A stretch of DNA of 64,000 nucleotides from an uncultured Spirochaetota bacterium (GTDB lineage Bacteria > Spirochaetota > Brevinematia > Brevinematales > JAOACQ01), in NCBI GenBank assembly GCA_963783575.1, contig CAWAOD010000005.1:32001-96000 (forward strand), given 5' to 3'. Under the pieces are notes generated by a model. The model searched no databases and was not told where the DNA came from. It saw only the letters and a program-made list of their open reading frames with translations. Made by a program: the position numbers and the translations under genes. Below are positions 19,451-30,301 of the stretch, one piece after another. The first letter of the stretch is position 1, and each line of letters opens with the position of its first letter.

Positions 19451-20188
19451 TTATTTCCTCCAATAATTACTAAGGATGGTTGTACTGATAATATTCATCT
19501 TGATAAATAAAAAACCGCCGGTACCTTGCATAGTTAGTAATGATGGATACCAATTACTTTCACCCCCGGCAGTATTATAAAGGATTGTGTTTGTCATACC
19601 GCTTACAAACCTGGGCAGCGGATCCAGTGTAAATTTAACGGCGGCAGGCAGGCCGGTTGCTTCATCAATCCAGGCGGAACCGGTCTGAAATATATCCCCT
19701 GGCATTTTACGGCGGTATTCGAAAATATAGCATTCTTTATCATACCTGTATTCATGTATTCCGGTATTTGAAATCGTAATATTTGACTGGGAATCCGGGT
19801 CGAATGGATTCATATCCGATAAATTAAGGCTGAATTTTCTTTCATTCTTATTTTCCTTTTTTTCTTCAGGCTTGTTGAATTCTCTCATTTTTTTTTCGGT
19901 GACGTCATCCCCATTTTCTATGTATTTAATAAGAATGTTGGAAATTCCGCCATTTGTATTCGAGGATGTCTCCGCCCAGAGTTCTGTGCTGTTTTTAATT
20001 TTTCCATTATTGTCTTTCATAATATTTTTTAAATAAAGGTTTCCCGGTATCCAGTTTATGTTCAGTCTTGAGATTTCAACGGCTTTTTCCCAGAGGTTGA
20101 TTTGATTTGAAACATCGCAAAAGCACAATAAAGGGATAAGCATTAAAAAAGTTAAAACCGGATATTTTAATAACCTATAAATATACAC
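19451..20188 (-). CDS. Hypothetical exported protein
   Basis: Signal-peptide-like N-terminus; co-oriented with neighbours. Confidence 0.6.
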   Translation of the reverse strand: MYIYRLLKYPVLTFLMLIPLLCFCDVSNQINLWEKAVEISRLNINWIPGNLYLKNIMKDNNGKIKNSTELWAETSSNTNGGISNILIKYIENGDDVTEKKMREFNKPEEKKENKNERKFSLNLSDMNPFDPDSQSNITISNTGIHEYRYDKECYIFEYRRKMPGDIFQTGSAWIDEATGLPAAVKFTLDPLPRFVSGMTNTILYNTAGGESNWYPSLLTMQGTGGFLFIKMNIISTTILSNYWRK

Positions 20189-20242
20189 TTTTAATTTCCC
20201 TAATAAAATTCCAAATTGTCCTGTTTATCTTCCTGAATATTG

Positions 20243-21649
20243 TTATGCATCCTTCAAAAATGCTCCGTAACCCTTGTAAGTTTCATAAAGATCGGCTTTG
20301 CTGACTACCTCAAAAGGCGAATGCATACCGTCCACGCCTGTACCGCTGTCGACAACCTGAATACCGAGGTCGGCCAGATAAAGCGCGACGGTTCCTCCAC
20401 CGCCTTCATCAACCTTTCCGAGAACGCTTGGCTGCCATATCACATTATTTTCATTAAAGATTTTTCTGATTTTTCCCATCATCTCAGCAGAGGCGTCGCT
20501 TGCGCCGGATTTTCCCCTTGAACCGGTGTATTTTTCAAGAAGAAGGCCGTATCCCATTTTCGGGGAATTTACAGGGTCGAATACATCCTTGAACATCGGG
20601 TTGATTACGGCTCCAACATCTCCCGATATGGCGTATGATTTTTCAAGGGCTTTCCTTAAATCCTGTTCCCTGTATCCTGGCCGCAGGCGTTCCAATAACT
20701 CGCCGATTGAATTGTAAAGGAATCTGGACCGGATACCCGTGACTCCGAAAGAGCCAATCTCTTCCTTATCAACCAGCAGGGCGATTATTGTTTTTTCGGG
20801 TATCCCGTTAAAATCGACAATGGACCTGAAAGCAGAATAACTGCAAGCCCTGTCGTCATGGCCGTATGAACCGACCATGCTCCTGTCAATCCCGACATCG
20901 CGAGCTTTGAAAGCCGGAACGATCTCTATCTCGGAAGAAATAAGATCTTCTTCAGATACGCCGTATTTATCATTCAAAATCTTGAGAACCATTTCCTTGA
21001 CTTTGTCCTGAATATCTTTATCATTAACAGGAATGTTGCCGATTACAAGCCTTAAATTTTCACCCTCTATTCCTTCAAGGAGCTTTTTTTCTCCCTGAAC
21101 CTTGCCCGAGAGATGGATTAAAATATCATTGATGGTAAAAACGGGATCGTTTTCATCCTCTCCGATTACTATCGGGAGGACCGATCCGTCGGATTTTATG
21201 ATAGTGCCATGCAGTGCAAGAGGTATGTTTACCCACTGGTATTTTTTTATCCCGCCGTAATAATGTGTTTTTAACAGTGCCATATCGCTGTCCTCGATGA
21301 CGGGCATCGGCTTTAAGTCGAGCCTTGGGGCGTCAATATGGGAGGCGATAAGGTTTATGCCGTCCTTTATATCTTTTTCCCCAATAATAGCCAGAATAAT
21401 ATTTTTATTGTTATTCTTAATTATAATTTTTTTCCCGGGATTGAAAGTGCCCTCGGATAATTCCGTAAATCCCATTTTTTTTGCTTCAGTTTCAATAAAG
21501 CCGACGCATTCCCTTTCGGTTTTACATTTGCTCATAAACCTTTTGTAATCCTCCGAAAAATCGAAGATAAGGTTTTTTTCGGTTTCATTCACGGAAAGCC
21601 AAACATTCTTCCTTTCATAGGCAAAAGCGGATTTTTTCGATTCCTGCAT
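20243..21649 (-). CDS. M18 family aminopeptidase
   Basis: SHIDAPRLD, HYYGGIKKYQW, DDRAC, KEEIGS, MHSPFE. Confidence 0.93.
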   Translation of the reverse strand: MQESKKSAFAYERKNVWLSVNETEKNLIFDFSEDYKRFMSKCKTERECVGFIETEAKKMGFTELSEGTFNPGKKIIIKNNNKNIILAIIGEKDIKDGINLIASHIDAPRLDLKPMPVIEDSDMALLKTHYYGGIKKYQWVNIPLALHGTIIKSDGSVLPIVIGEDENDPVFTINDILIHLSGKVQGEKKLLEGIEGENLRLVIGNIPVNDKDIQDKVKEMVLKILNDKYGVSEEDLISSEIEIVPAFKARDVGIDRSMVGSYGHDDRACSYSAFRSIVDFNGIPEKTIIALLVDKEEIGSFGVTGIRSRFLYNSIGELLERLRPGYREQDLRKALEKSYAISGDVGAVINPMFKDVFDPVNSPKMGYGLLLEKYTGSRGKSGASDASAEMMGKIRKIFNENNVIWQPSVLGKVDEGGGGTVALYLADLGIQVVDSGTGVDGMHSPFEVVSKADLYETYKGYGAFLKDA

Positions 21650-21768
21650 GGGAACATCTCCTATTTAATAAATTATCTGTGCCAGAAGCTCTTGATTGAA
21701 AAAGTAAATTTTGATTTGCGGTAATATTTTATATTGTCCTTTATGAACTGTCAACAAGGCGGATTGCT

Positions 21769-22374
21769 TTAATTTACCTTGAATGTTTTTCGGTGATATG
21801 GGGAAAAACCATGGCTTTTAATGGCTTCGCGGTGGGCTTTTGTAGGATAACCCTTGTTTTCGTTCCATTTATATATCGGGTATTCATTATGGAGTTTCCG
21901 CATAAGATCATCCCGGTAAACCTTTGCAATGATAGATGCGGCTGCGATAGTATGGCTTTTTTGATCGCCCTTTATGATCGGTTCAACCGGAATCGGGAGA
22001 TTAAGTTTCACTGCATCGACAAGAATATATTCCGGCTTTCGGGATAGTTTTTCCACAGCCATCTTCATTGAAAGTTTTGCGGCTTCTAATATATTGATCC
22101 TGTCTATTGTTTCGTTATCAACTATTCCGATAGAATAGCATACGCAGTCGGAAATGATTTTTTGATAGAGTATTTCCCTCTGTCGGCTTGAAAGGGATTT
22201 TGAATCATAAACCCCTTCAATTATAAATGAAGGTTCGAATATAACACATGCCGATACAACAGGCCCTGCCAGGGGGCCTCTTCCAGCCTCGTCTATGCCC
22301 GCAATAAAACGGTAACCCAGGTTCCACAATTTTTTCTCGTAATTTAACAGGTCTTCCGCTTTTGGTATGGGCAT
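21769..22374 (-). CDS. rnhB: Ribonuclease HII
   Basis: GIDEAGRGPLAGPV, DSK, IAAASIIAKV. Confidence 0.97.
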   Translation of the reverse strand: MPIPKAEDLLNYEKKLWNLGYRFIAGIDEAGRGPLAGPVVSACVIFEPSFIIEGVYDSKSLSSRQREILYQKIISDCVCYSIGIVDNETIDRINILEAAKLSMKMAVEKLSRKPEYILVDAVKLNLPIPVEPIIKGDQKSHTIAAASIIAKVYRDDLMRKLHNEYPIYKWNENKGYPTKAHREAIKSHGFSPYHRKTFKVN

Positions 22375-22382
22375 ACTGAAAA

Positions 22383-22856
22383 TTAAACTTTTTCAGTGAT
22401 AACGGCTGAACGGCCGAACCTGCCTCGAAGATAATAAAGCTTAGCTCTTCTGACCCGTCCCTTTCTAATCTGCTCTATTCTATCGATATAAGGCGAATGG
22501 AACGGAAATACCCTTTCGATAGCTACACCATAGCTGATCCTTCTGACTGTAAAGCTTTTTCTGGATCCGCCGTGTTTCATCGCAATGACAACCCCTTCGT
22601 AAGGTTGAATTCTCTGCTTTTCCCCTTCGATAATTTTCACATATACCTTAACGGTATCCCCAATATTAAATTTCGGGAACTTTTCGGAGTTATTGTTCTC
22701 CGCCAGAAGTGCATTTTCAATATCAACCATAGTGTTCTTAACCTTTTTTGGGGCTTTTATTTCTTCTTTAACTTCGGCTTTAACTTCTACCGGTTTATTT
22801 TCTTCCGGAGCGCTTTCAACAGCACCCGCGCTATTTTTCTGAATCTCGTCCGCCAT
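22383..22856 (-). CDS. rplS: 50S ribosomal protein L19 with acidic N-terminal extension
   Basis: [32 protein letters not shown]. Confidence 0.97.
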   Translation of the reverse strand: MADEIQKNSAGAVESAPEENKPVEVKAEVKEEIKAPKKVKNTMVDIENALLAENNNSEKFPKFNIGDTVKVYVKIIEGEKQRIQPYEGVVIAMKHGGSRKSFTVRRISYGVAIERVFPFHSPYIDRIEQIRKGRVRRAKLYYLRGRFGRSAVITEKV

Positions 22857-23646
22857 CTTTCCACTCCTTCGATATTTTTTCTATATTCTTCAAAAATTCT
22901 GCCAATTGCTGATTTTTTCTTCTTAAAGCCTTAATCTCGTTCCCTGTTTTACCGCCATCGGGTATAAAGCTGAAACCGTTTAATAAATCTATCCGGTTAA
23001 AATATGTTTTTTTTAAACTGTTGTACAACCGGTATTTCCCTATTTCCTTATGATTGCCCGATCTCAGCACATCGGGAACATTCATACCGGAAAATTCAAT
23101 CGGCTGTGTAAAATGATCGTGTTCAAGCAGGCCGTTTTCAAAACTATCGTTACCGGCCGATTCTGTTTTTATAAATCCTTCAATAAACCTGGAAACGCTG
23201 TCCATCACAATTAAAGCGGGCAGTTCGCCTCCGGTAAGGACATAATCGCCTATTGATAATTCTTCATCTACGTGCTTCCGGACTATCCTCGAATCTATGC
23301 CCTCATATCTTGCGGAAACAAGTATGACGCTTTCTTCTCCGGCAAGCCTTTTCGCGGTCCTGTTGTTAAACATTTGACCGCCGGGGCTTAAATATATGAC
23401 CCTGCTGCCCGGATGCTTTTTTTTTATAAGATTTATCGTTTGATCCAGGGGTTCCGGCCGGAACAGCATACCTCTGCCGGAGCCGAAAATCCTGCCGTCT
23501 ATCTGACCGTATTTGTTTACCGCATATTCCCTTAAATCGTAAATTTCTGCCGCGATCAACTTTTCTTTTATTGCGCGCGAGAGAACCCCATATTCAAGAT
23601 AATTCTTTATCAACTGAGGAAAAATCGTGATAACATTAAATATCAC
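22831..23646 (-). CDS. trmD: tRNA (guanine37-N1)-methyltransferase
   Basis: [27 protein letters not shown]; operon position. Confidence 0.96.
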   Translation of the reverse strand: MIFNVITIFPQLIKNYLEYGVLSRAIKEKLIAAEIYDLREYAVNKYGQIDGRIFGSGRGMLFRPEPLDQTINLIKKKHPGSRVIYLSPGGQMFNNRTAKRLAGEESVILVSARYEGIDSRIVRKHVDEELSIGDYVLTGGELPALIVMDSVSRFIEGFIKTESAGNDSFENGLLEHDHFTQPIEFSGMNVPDVLRSGNHKEIGKYRLYNSLKKTYFNRIDLLNGFSFIPDGGKTGNEIKALRRKNQQLAEFLKNIEKISKEWKDGGRDSEK

Positions 23647-23658
23647 TTCAGGTCTCTC

Positions 23659-24168
23659 TTATAACAAATCATCTATGTCTTTAATAATAACCCTTTTATC
23701 TGTTAACTCAACTTTTTCAACATATTTATTTTCAAATGGGACTACCACCTCTTTGCCGTTCGAATTCTTAATCATCAGCATATTTTTATTAGCCGTCTCG
23801 AAAATATTATAAACTTTACCGAACAGGTTGTCTTTGTAATAAACATCCAGATCAAGCAGATCTTTTATGTAATAACTGTCCTTTTTTAATTTGGGAAGCT
23901 CGTCCTCATCAATAAAAAGCTCAACACCTCTAAGCAAATCCGCCTGCGTCCGGTCTGCGCATCCGGCCACTTCAATAATAATCCCCAGGTTTGAAAGCCT
24001 GATATCGCTAAAATTTATTTCTTTATAACCATTTGAGCTTTTTTTGTCTTTTATGTAAAATTGTGTAAAATTCTTCAATTCATTAAAATCATCAATATAA
24101 AAATTAGCTTTTAAAAGTCCTTTCAGACCGTAAGACTTTACAAGCTTGCCGATAAGGAGAAAATTCAT
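23659..24168 (-). CDS. rimM: 16S rRNA processing protein RimM
   Basis: IGKLVKSYGLKG; position in rpsP operon. Confidence 0.92.
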   Translation of the reverse strand: MNFLLIGKLVKSYGLKGLLKANFYIDDFNELKNFTQFYIKDKKSSNGYKEINFSDIRLSNLGIIIEVAGCADRTQADLLRGVELFIDEDELPKLKKDSYYIKDLLDLDVYYKDNLFGKVYNIFETANKNMLMIKNSNGKEVVVPFENKYVEKVELTDKRVIIKDIDDLL

Positions 24169-24174
24169 ATCCTA

Positions 24175-24411
24175 TTAATCCAGAATTTCCAGAATAACTC
24201 TTCTGCCGTTTTTAACGGATACCGCATTAACAATTGTCCGAATTGATTTGGCGATTATTCCATGCCTTCCGATCACCTTGCCTACCTCGCCGGGCCCAAC
24301 CTTTAACTCAAGTATGTTCGACTTTTCACCGTCAACAACATTGACGCTGACTAATGCAGGATCATCCACCAGACTGGAAACAATAAGCTCAACAATCTCT
24401 TTTTCTCTCAT
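24175..24411 (-). CDS. khpA: KH-domain RNA-binding protein
   Basis: GKVIGRHG; between rpsP and rimM. Confidence 0.9.
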   Translation of the reverse strand: MREKEIVELIVSSLVDDPALVSVNVVDGEKSNILELKVGPGEVGKVIGRHGIIAKSIRTIVNAVSVKNGRRVILEILD

Positions 24412-24452
24412 TGAGTCTGACTCCTATTCATTTTTACAGAGCTGACCGTTAA

Positions 24453-24698
24453 TTAAACTGCCTTTCTTTTTTTCTTTGCCAGATCTTTTACTACTGTACT
24501 GACCTTTGCACCTTTTTTAATCCATTCATCATATTTTTGAATATCAATATCAAACGCGCCGTCTTTTTCAATCGGCTGATAATACCCGAGATAATCTAAA
24601 TAAGCCCCGTCTCTGGGCAACCGGTTGTCGAGAACAACTATCCTGTAATATGGCCTTTTCGTTTTACCTGTCCTTTTTAATCTGATATGAGCTGCCAA
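24453..24698 (-). CDS. rpsP: 30S ribosomal protein S16
   Basis: IRLKRTG..KRPYYRIVV.D.R.PRDG. Confidence 0.97.
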   Translation of the reverse strand: MAAHIRLKRTGKTKRPYYRIVVLDNRLPRDGAYLDYLGYYQPIEKDGAFDIDIQKYDEWIKKGAKVSTVVKDLAKKKRKAV

Positions 24699-24730
24699 AA
24701 GAGTCCTCCCTTATAAAAATTAGAAATAAT

Positions 24731-24780
24731 ATTGTAAAAGCAATTTATAGCTTTGTCAAACAAACTGTTTGTTTGACAAA
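24731..24780 (-). promoter_or_regulatory. rpsP promoter overlapped by a perfect 14-1-14 palindrome
   Basis: Minus strand TTGACA(24759-24754)-17 nt-TACAAT(24736-24731); TTTGTCAAACAAAC-T-GTTTGTTTGACAAA at 24752-24780. Confidence 0.8.
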
Positions 24781-24912
24781 CAAAGATACCAAATACAGGT
24801 ACTTCATTGCATGAGAATGGTATTATATACCGATTCATTGATTAATTTGATAATTTACTTTAAAATTTTATGCAAAGGGTTTGTGATTTGGATAAAGGTT
24901 CTTTCATTCTGA

Positions 24913-27465
24913 ATGATTAATCATAAATCCTGCCGGACTGATAAAGGAAAATTTATGAGTATAAAAAAATATGTGCATCAGATAAGAAAAAAGTTTCCAT
25001 TGACAACCATGCAGAAGATTTTTTTCGGCGCTTTAATTGCGCTGGGGCTGCTGACAGGTATCTTTATATCGCAGATAATCCTGACATTCTCGGATTTAAA
25101 AGACATAAAATCGCTTGAAAACTATTCGACATATTCTATTCCAACCAAGGTATATGATAAGAATGGAAAATTGATCACGGAATTCTATCTCCAGAAAAGG
25201 GAAATTATATCCTTTAAAGACATGCCGGAATCCCTGATAAAAGCGATAATTGCCATCGAAGACCCTGACTTTTACCATCACCATGGTTTTAACGCGTTAG
25301 CTATTATTAAAGGCGTGATACTTGATCCGATAATTGGGAAAAAGGCAAGAGGCGGTTCTACAATTACCCAGCAGCTCGCAAAAAACCTGTTTACTACCAG
25401 TGAGAGAAGTATATTCCGCAAAATGATAGAGTTATGGTATGCGTTTCAGATAGAGAAAAAATATTCAAAAGAGGAAATACTTGAACTTTATTTCAACCAG
25501 GTAAATCTTGGCCATGGATGCTATGGAGTACAGGCGGCTGCTCATTATTACTTTGATAAGGATGCCAGGGACCTCGATCTGGGTGAAACCAGTTTATTAG
25601 CGGGGATGGTTCAATTACCCAATGCATACTCTCCGATACTTTATCCATATAGGGGCTCAAAAACGCCATCAAGCGGTATTAAACTCAATGGTTAAATCGG
25701 GGTTTATATCTAAAGAAACAGCGGCCGATGCATTTGAGAATTTCTGGGGAAATTATTCTTCCATTATAAAAGCTAAAGGCATAATCGTACAGAGGAATGA
25801 AAATAACTATGCTCCTTATTTTACGGAATATGTAAGGTCAATTCTTCTGAAAAAATACGGAGAGGATATGCTTTATTCCGGCGGGCTTGAAATTTACACA
25901 ACTCTGGACATTGATAAGCAGAAGATTGCCGATAAGGAAATTGATAAAGGAGTTTCGAATGAACAGGCTAACTATGATCGGGATACAAAATCGACATCAT
26001 TAAAATATAAAGAGGGTTATGAAGACATTATTGATCTTTTAAGCCTGACGTTCGGTATTAATAATATCCAGGTGGGCTTTGCTAAAATAAAAAACAGGCT
26101 TGAAAACCTTGTTAAAAATTATGAGGATTACCTTTATCTGTCTTCCTATATTTTTGGTCTGGATTCGATTAACAAGAAGGTTAAAATAAGTTATCAATTG
26201 AGCAATATGGAGAGGAGAAAACAGGATCAGGTTGAAGCTTCCCTTATATCGATAAATCCTACCAACGGTTATATCGAAGCGATGGTCGGCGGCAGCGAGT
26301 TTAATTATGCCAATCAATATAACCGCTCTATTTTGGCGAAAAGACCTATGGGGTCTATGTTTAAACCGATCTATTATGCAATTGCCCTTGATAAAAAATT
26401 GATAACACCCGCTTCGGTGTATGAAGATAAACCTATGGTTTATCAGGACGCGGCCGGTAACCTCTGGGCGCCCAGAAACTATGAGGGTACTTTCAGCGGG
26501 AAACTTCGTGTTCGGCAGGCATTGCAATTTTCTGTTAACCTTGTTTCCATCCAGATATGGGATATGATGCTTAAGACACTGGGGTATAATAATATTATTT
26601 CGCAGATGGCAGAATATTTCGGTATCGATAAAGAAGAGGCTAAAAAGAGGGTAGCTCCTCAATTGTCATATGCTTTGGGGGTCGGCACTTTCTCTCCATT
26701 TGAAGTCGCGAGGGCGTTTTCCGTATACGCCAATGACGGAGTGTCAATCAAACCGATAGCCATCTTAAAAGTTAAAGATAGATACGGAAGGGTGTGGATG
26801 ATTTTGAAATGGAAAGAGATATGGATAAAAGCAGCAAATTGACAGTTATGAGCCGTGGAGCAGCCTTTCTGATGCAGAATATGCTTTATGACGTGCTCTA
26901 TCATGGAACAGGCGCCCCCGCCGCTATTAACGCCAATTTTCATTTAAATGCCGGCGGAAAAACAGGAACAACTTCAAACTGGAAAGAGGCCTGGTTTGCA
27001 GGCTTTACTAAAAATCTTGTAACTGTAGTCTGGTTCGGGTTTGACGACGCCAGGAAGTCCCTGGGAAGGAACCGTACCGGGGCTGTTGTCGCCGCGCCGG
27101 TCTGGATGAACTATATGAGGGATACTTTAAAAGATAATCCCGACATTCCATTTAATCCCCCGGACGAGGTTGTAGAAGCAAATGTCTGCTCCACAAGCGG
27201 TTTACTTCCGACGGAATACTGCCCGCATGTAATTACCGAGTATTTTTTAAGAAACACTGCTCCATCTAAAAAATGTGATATTCATTCAACATCAGGATCT
27301 GTCAACGATGATGACAAGCTTCAGGTTGAGATGCTGACTAACAGCCTCAACATAGATGAACAGCAGCTTAGTATTGAACCTGAAACGAACGGTGAAAAAC
27401 CTGAAGAACCTCGAAAAGATAAGAATCAAACCGAGAATTTCAATCTAAAGTCGGGAATAGAATGA
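24913..27465 (+). CDS. Class A penicillin-binding protein (PBP1A family), split into 3 ORFs by two frameshifts (~25650, ~26795)
   Basis: Transglycosylase EDPDFYHHHG and GGSTITQQLAKN; transpeptidase SMFK, SVN, KTGT. Confidence 0.92.
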
Positions 27466-29084
27466 AGATTCTCATAATTGATGGTTTTATTGACGAACCG
27501 ACCTGTCTTGGTGTTCCTCCTTTTCTATCGACTTATGTCCGTTATACAGCCGGAGCGGCTGTTTGCGCGGGTATTAAAGATACTGATTATATTACAATTG
27601 AGTATTTGAGAAAAAATGACTTTATTCTCCGGGATGTTGATGTTGCCGTAATTATAGCCGGTAATCCAGTCCCTGGAAAATACTTGGGCGGTATGCCGAT
27701 AAAGGGGTTTGAACTTGAAATGATAGCGTCAAGGAACCCTGAAACCGCTTTCTTTGCCGGCGGACCGATCCAATTTGACGGCATTGATACTTTTCTTCCC
27801 CGAAATCTTAATATTATACATAAAGATATTGAGAGCTTTATCTATCATTATTTGCTTGAAGGGAAAAATAATGAATCTTTTCGAACGATCGATGAAATAA
27901 ATTTATTTTCCATAGCAGGAGCTTATATTGCGCAGAAACACCCGCGTTATCCCGAAATAATAGCGGAAATCGAGACGGGGAGGGGATGTCCAAGGCTTGA
28001 ACACTGTTCATTCTGCATTGAAGCCGGGTATAAGGTCGAATTCCGTAATCCTGTCGATATTATCCGCGAGGTTAAAGCATTATATTCAGCGGGTATAAGG
28101 CATTTCAGGATTGGAAAACAGGCTGATTTATACTCATACGGCTCTCAACTTCAAGAATGGAAAAATGGTTTTCCAAAACCTAATATTGATTGGATCAGAA
28201 AATTATATACTGGAATCAGAGACGGCGTTCCCGGTTTGAAAACCCTTCACCTCGATAATGTAAATCCCGGTACTTTAGCGGCTTTTCCCGATGAATCGGC
28301 TGAAATAACAGGCATAATTGTAAATAATAATACTGCCGGAGATGTCGCGGCGCTTGGAATGGAAAGCGCAGATCCCGGCGTGATTGAAAAGAATTTTCTT
28401 AAAGCTTTACCTTCCGGAATAATAAAAGCAGTTGAAATCATAAATAATACCGGGAATATCAGGGAGAACGGCATTCCGAAACTTCTGCCCGGTATTAATC
28501 TGATCCGCGGCTTGATAGGAGAAAGCCGTGAAACCTTCCGGATGAATTATGAGTTTCTAAAGCAAATTCTTGATAAGGGGCTTTTGCTGAGAAGGATCAA
28601 TATCCGCCAGATAAAATTATCAGGCAATAACTGCGGTGATAAACGTTTCAAGACATCTCCAAGGGAAGAAAAAAAGTTGGACGCTGTTTTCAGGAATTAC
28701 CGGGAAAAGATCAGGGATGAAATCGATAATCCGATGATTCAAAAAATATTCCCCGTCGGCACTATTATGAAGGATTTGATTGTTGAGGCCATTCGCGGTG
28801 ACTGGAGTATAGCCAGAGCTATCGGAAGCTACGCTATCGCAGTAAATATACCCAAGATTCTACCGGTTTTATCCGGGATAGACGTTTTTGTCGTCGGATG
28901 GCGCAACCGTTCCCTGATAGGATTGCCGAATCCATTAATAATAAAGAATTCAAGTCTTCAGGAGCTTAAACAAATCCCCGGGTTTTCAAAAAAAGCCGGA
29001 GAAATTTTTGCATCAGGAAATTTTAATAAATCGGTATTTTCTACTTCCCCTGCTTTTGAAAAGATTAAGGATTATTTGATATAA
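27462..29084 (+). CDS. Radical SAM protein resembling the family with a C-terminal HhH motif (COG1031-like)
   Basis: IDGFIDEPTCLGVPP, ETGRGCPRLEHCSFCIE, LLRRINIRQ, ELKQIPG. Confidence 0.8.
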   Translation: MKILIIDGFIDEPTCLGVPPFLSTYVRYTAGAAVCAGIKDTDYITIEYLRKNDFILRDVDVAVIIAGNPVPGKYLGGMPIKGFELEMIASRNPETAFFAGGPIQFDGIDTFLPRNLNIIHKDIESFIYHYLLEGKNNESFRTIDEINLFSIAGAYIAQKHPRYPEIIAEIETGRGCPRLEHCSFCIEAGYKVEFRNPVDIIREVKALYSAGIRHFRIGKQADLYSYGSQLQEWKNGFPKPNIDWIRKLYTGIRDGVPGLKTLHLDNVNPGTLAAFPDESAEITGIIVNNNTAGDVAALGMESADPGVIEKNFLKALPSGIIKAVEIINNTGNIRENGIPKLLPGINLIRGLIGESRETFRMNYEFLKQILDKGLLLRRINIRQIKLSGNNCGDKRFKTSPREEKKLDAVFRNYREKIRDEIDNPMIQKIFPVGTIMKDLIVEAIRGDWSIARAIGSYAIAVNIPKILPVLSGIDVFVVGWRNRSLIGLPNPLIIKNSSLQELKQIPGFSKKAGEIFASGNFNKSVFSTSPAFEKIKDYLI

Positions 29085-29129
29085 TAAACTTATCATTTTG
29101 CCTGAATGGCAAAAATTATTTATAATTAA

Positions 29130-30083
29130 TTGGATGTTAATATGTCAAGAAAAAAAGTTATTGTCATAGTGATACTTTTAAACTTGGTTATTGTGATTGC
29201 AGAGGTTTTTTTCGGGATTATTTCAAATTCAATGGCCCTGATTGCCGATGCCATTCATAATCTAGGAGATGTCCTGTCAATTATAATCGCCCTGATTGCA
29301 ATTGTTTACAGTGAAAAAAAGGCTACCCGCGAAATGACTTACGGTTATATCCGATCGGAAATGATGGCCGGGTTTATTAATTCGTTTTTCCTTCTTTTGA
29401 CTATGATTTATATCCTTTATGAATCCGTCCTCAAGATAATAAAGCCTGAACAGGTGAACGGATTTTATATGATCGCTGTTGCCGGAATCGCCCTGATTGC
29501 GAATGCCTTCTCCGCCGGTCTGCTGAGAACCGGGGAGGGCAAAAAACTGCAGTACAACCATTCGAATGAGGATAAATCATGCAGGGAAGATGGTGATTTT
29601 CATCATAATGATATGAATATTAAAACGGCTTATTTTCATATGTTAAGCGATGCCGGAATTTCCATCGGTGTTGTGATCGGCGGTGCAGTAATATATTTTT
29701 TCAGAATATATATCATTGATCCTGTTTTTTCAATTGTTTTTTCAGTTTATATTTTGTTTGAATCTTTTAAAATCCTGCGAGCAACATTTTTCAGCCTGTT
29801 AGATGTTGCCCCTGAAAACCTTCCGGATATTGAAAAAGAAATTTTGTCCCATGAGGAAATTATCAGTATTCATGATATCCACATATCAAAACCTTCATCA
29901 AAAGATGTACATTTTTCTGCCCATTTGATTTTCAAGGACGAAATGTCTCTGGAAGAAATTGAGGAATTACTGGAAATATTGCGTGTTGACCTGAAAAAAT
30001 ACGGCGTTACTCATCCTCTTTTCCAGCCTGAAACACAAAAATATCATAACAGGGATCCCTTCTGCCAGAGCCACTGTAATTGA
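29130..30083 (+). CDS. Cation diffusion facilitator (CzcD-like)
   Basis: ALIADAIHNLGD, FHMLSD, IHDIHI. Confidence 0.92.
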   Translation: MDVNMSRKKVIVIVILLNLVIVIAEVFFGIISNSMALIADAIHNLGDVLSIIIALIAIVYSEKKATREMTYGYIRSEMMAGFINSFFLLLTMIYILYESVLKIIKPEQVNGFYMIAVAGIALIANAFSAGLLRTGEGKKLQYNHSNEDKSCREDGDFHHNDMNIKTAYFHMLSDAGISIGVVIGGAVIYFFRIYIIDPVFSIVFSVYILFESFKILRATFFSLLDVAPENLPDIEKEILSHEEIISIHDIHISKPSSKDVHFSAHLIFKDEMSLEEIEELLEILRVDLKKYGVTHPLFQPETQKYHNRDPFCQSHCN

Positions 30084-30088
30084 CCCCT

Positions 30089-30165
30089 GCGACATCGTGT
30101 CGCTGCCGAACTTCGTTCGGCGGCCTTTATGATTAAAGAGGGGCTCTCATGGAACATCCTGTTCC
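30089..30165 (+). repeat. Three-hairpin composite repeat, copy A
   Basis: GCGACA-TCG-TGTCGC, GCCGAAC-TTC-GTTCGGC, TCAT-GGAACA-TCC-TGTTCC. Confidence 0.8.
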
Positions 30166-30301
30166 CTTGGTTACTTGGGCTAATGTACGACGTCGTGTCC
30201 CCGTGGTTACTTGTTTGGTAAAAATCAAAATCAATAAGTTTTTCAGAGATTGATTTTACCTGCTGTTTATATTAAAATATATGGTTATCCGGAGTTAAAA
30301 A

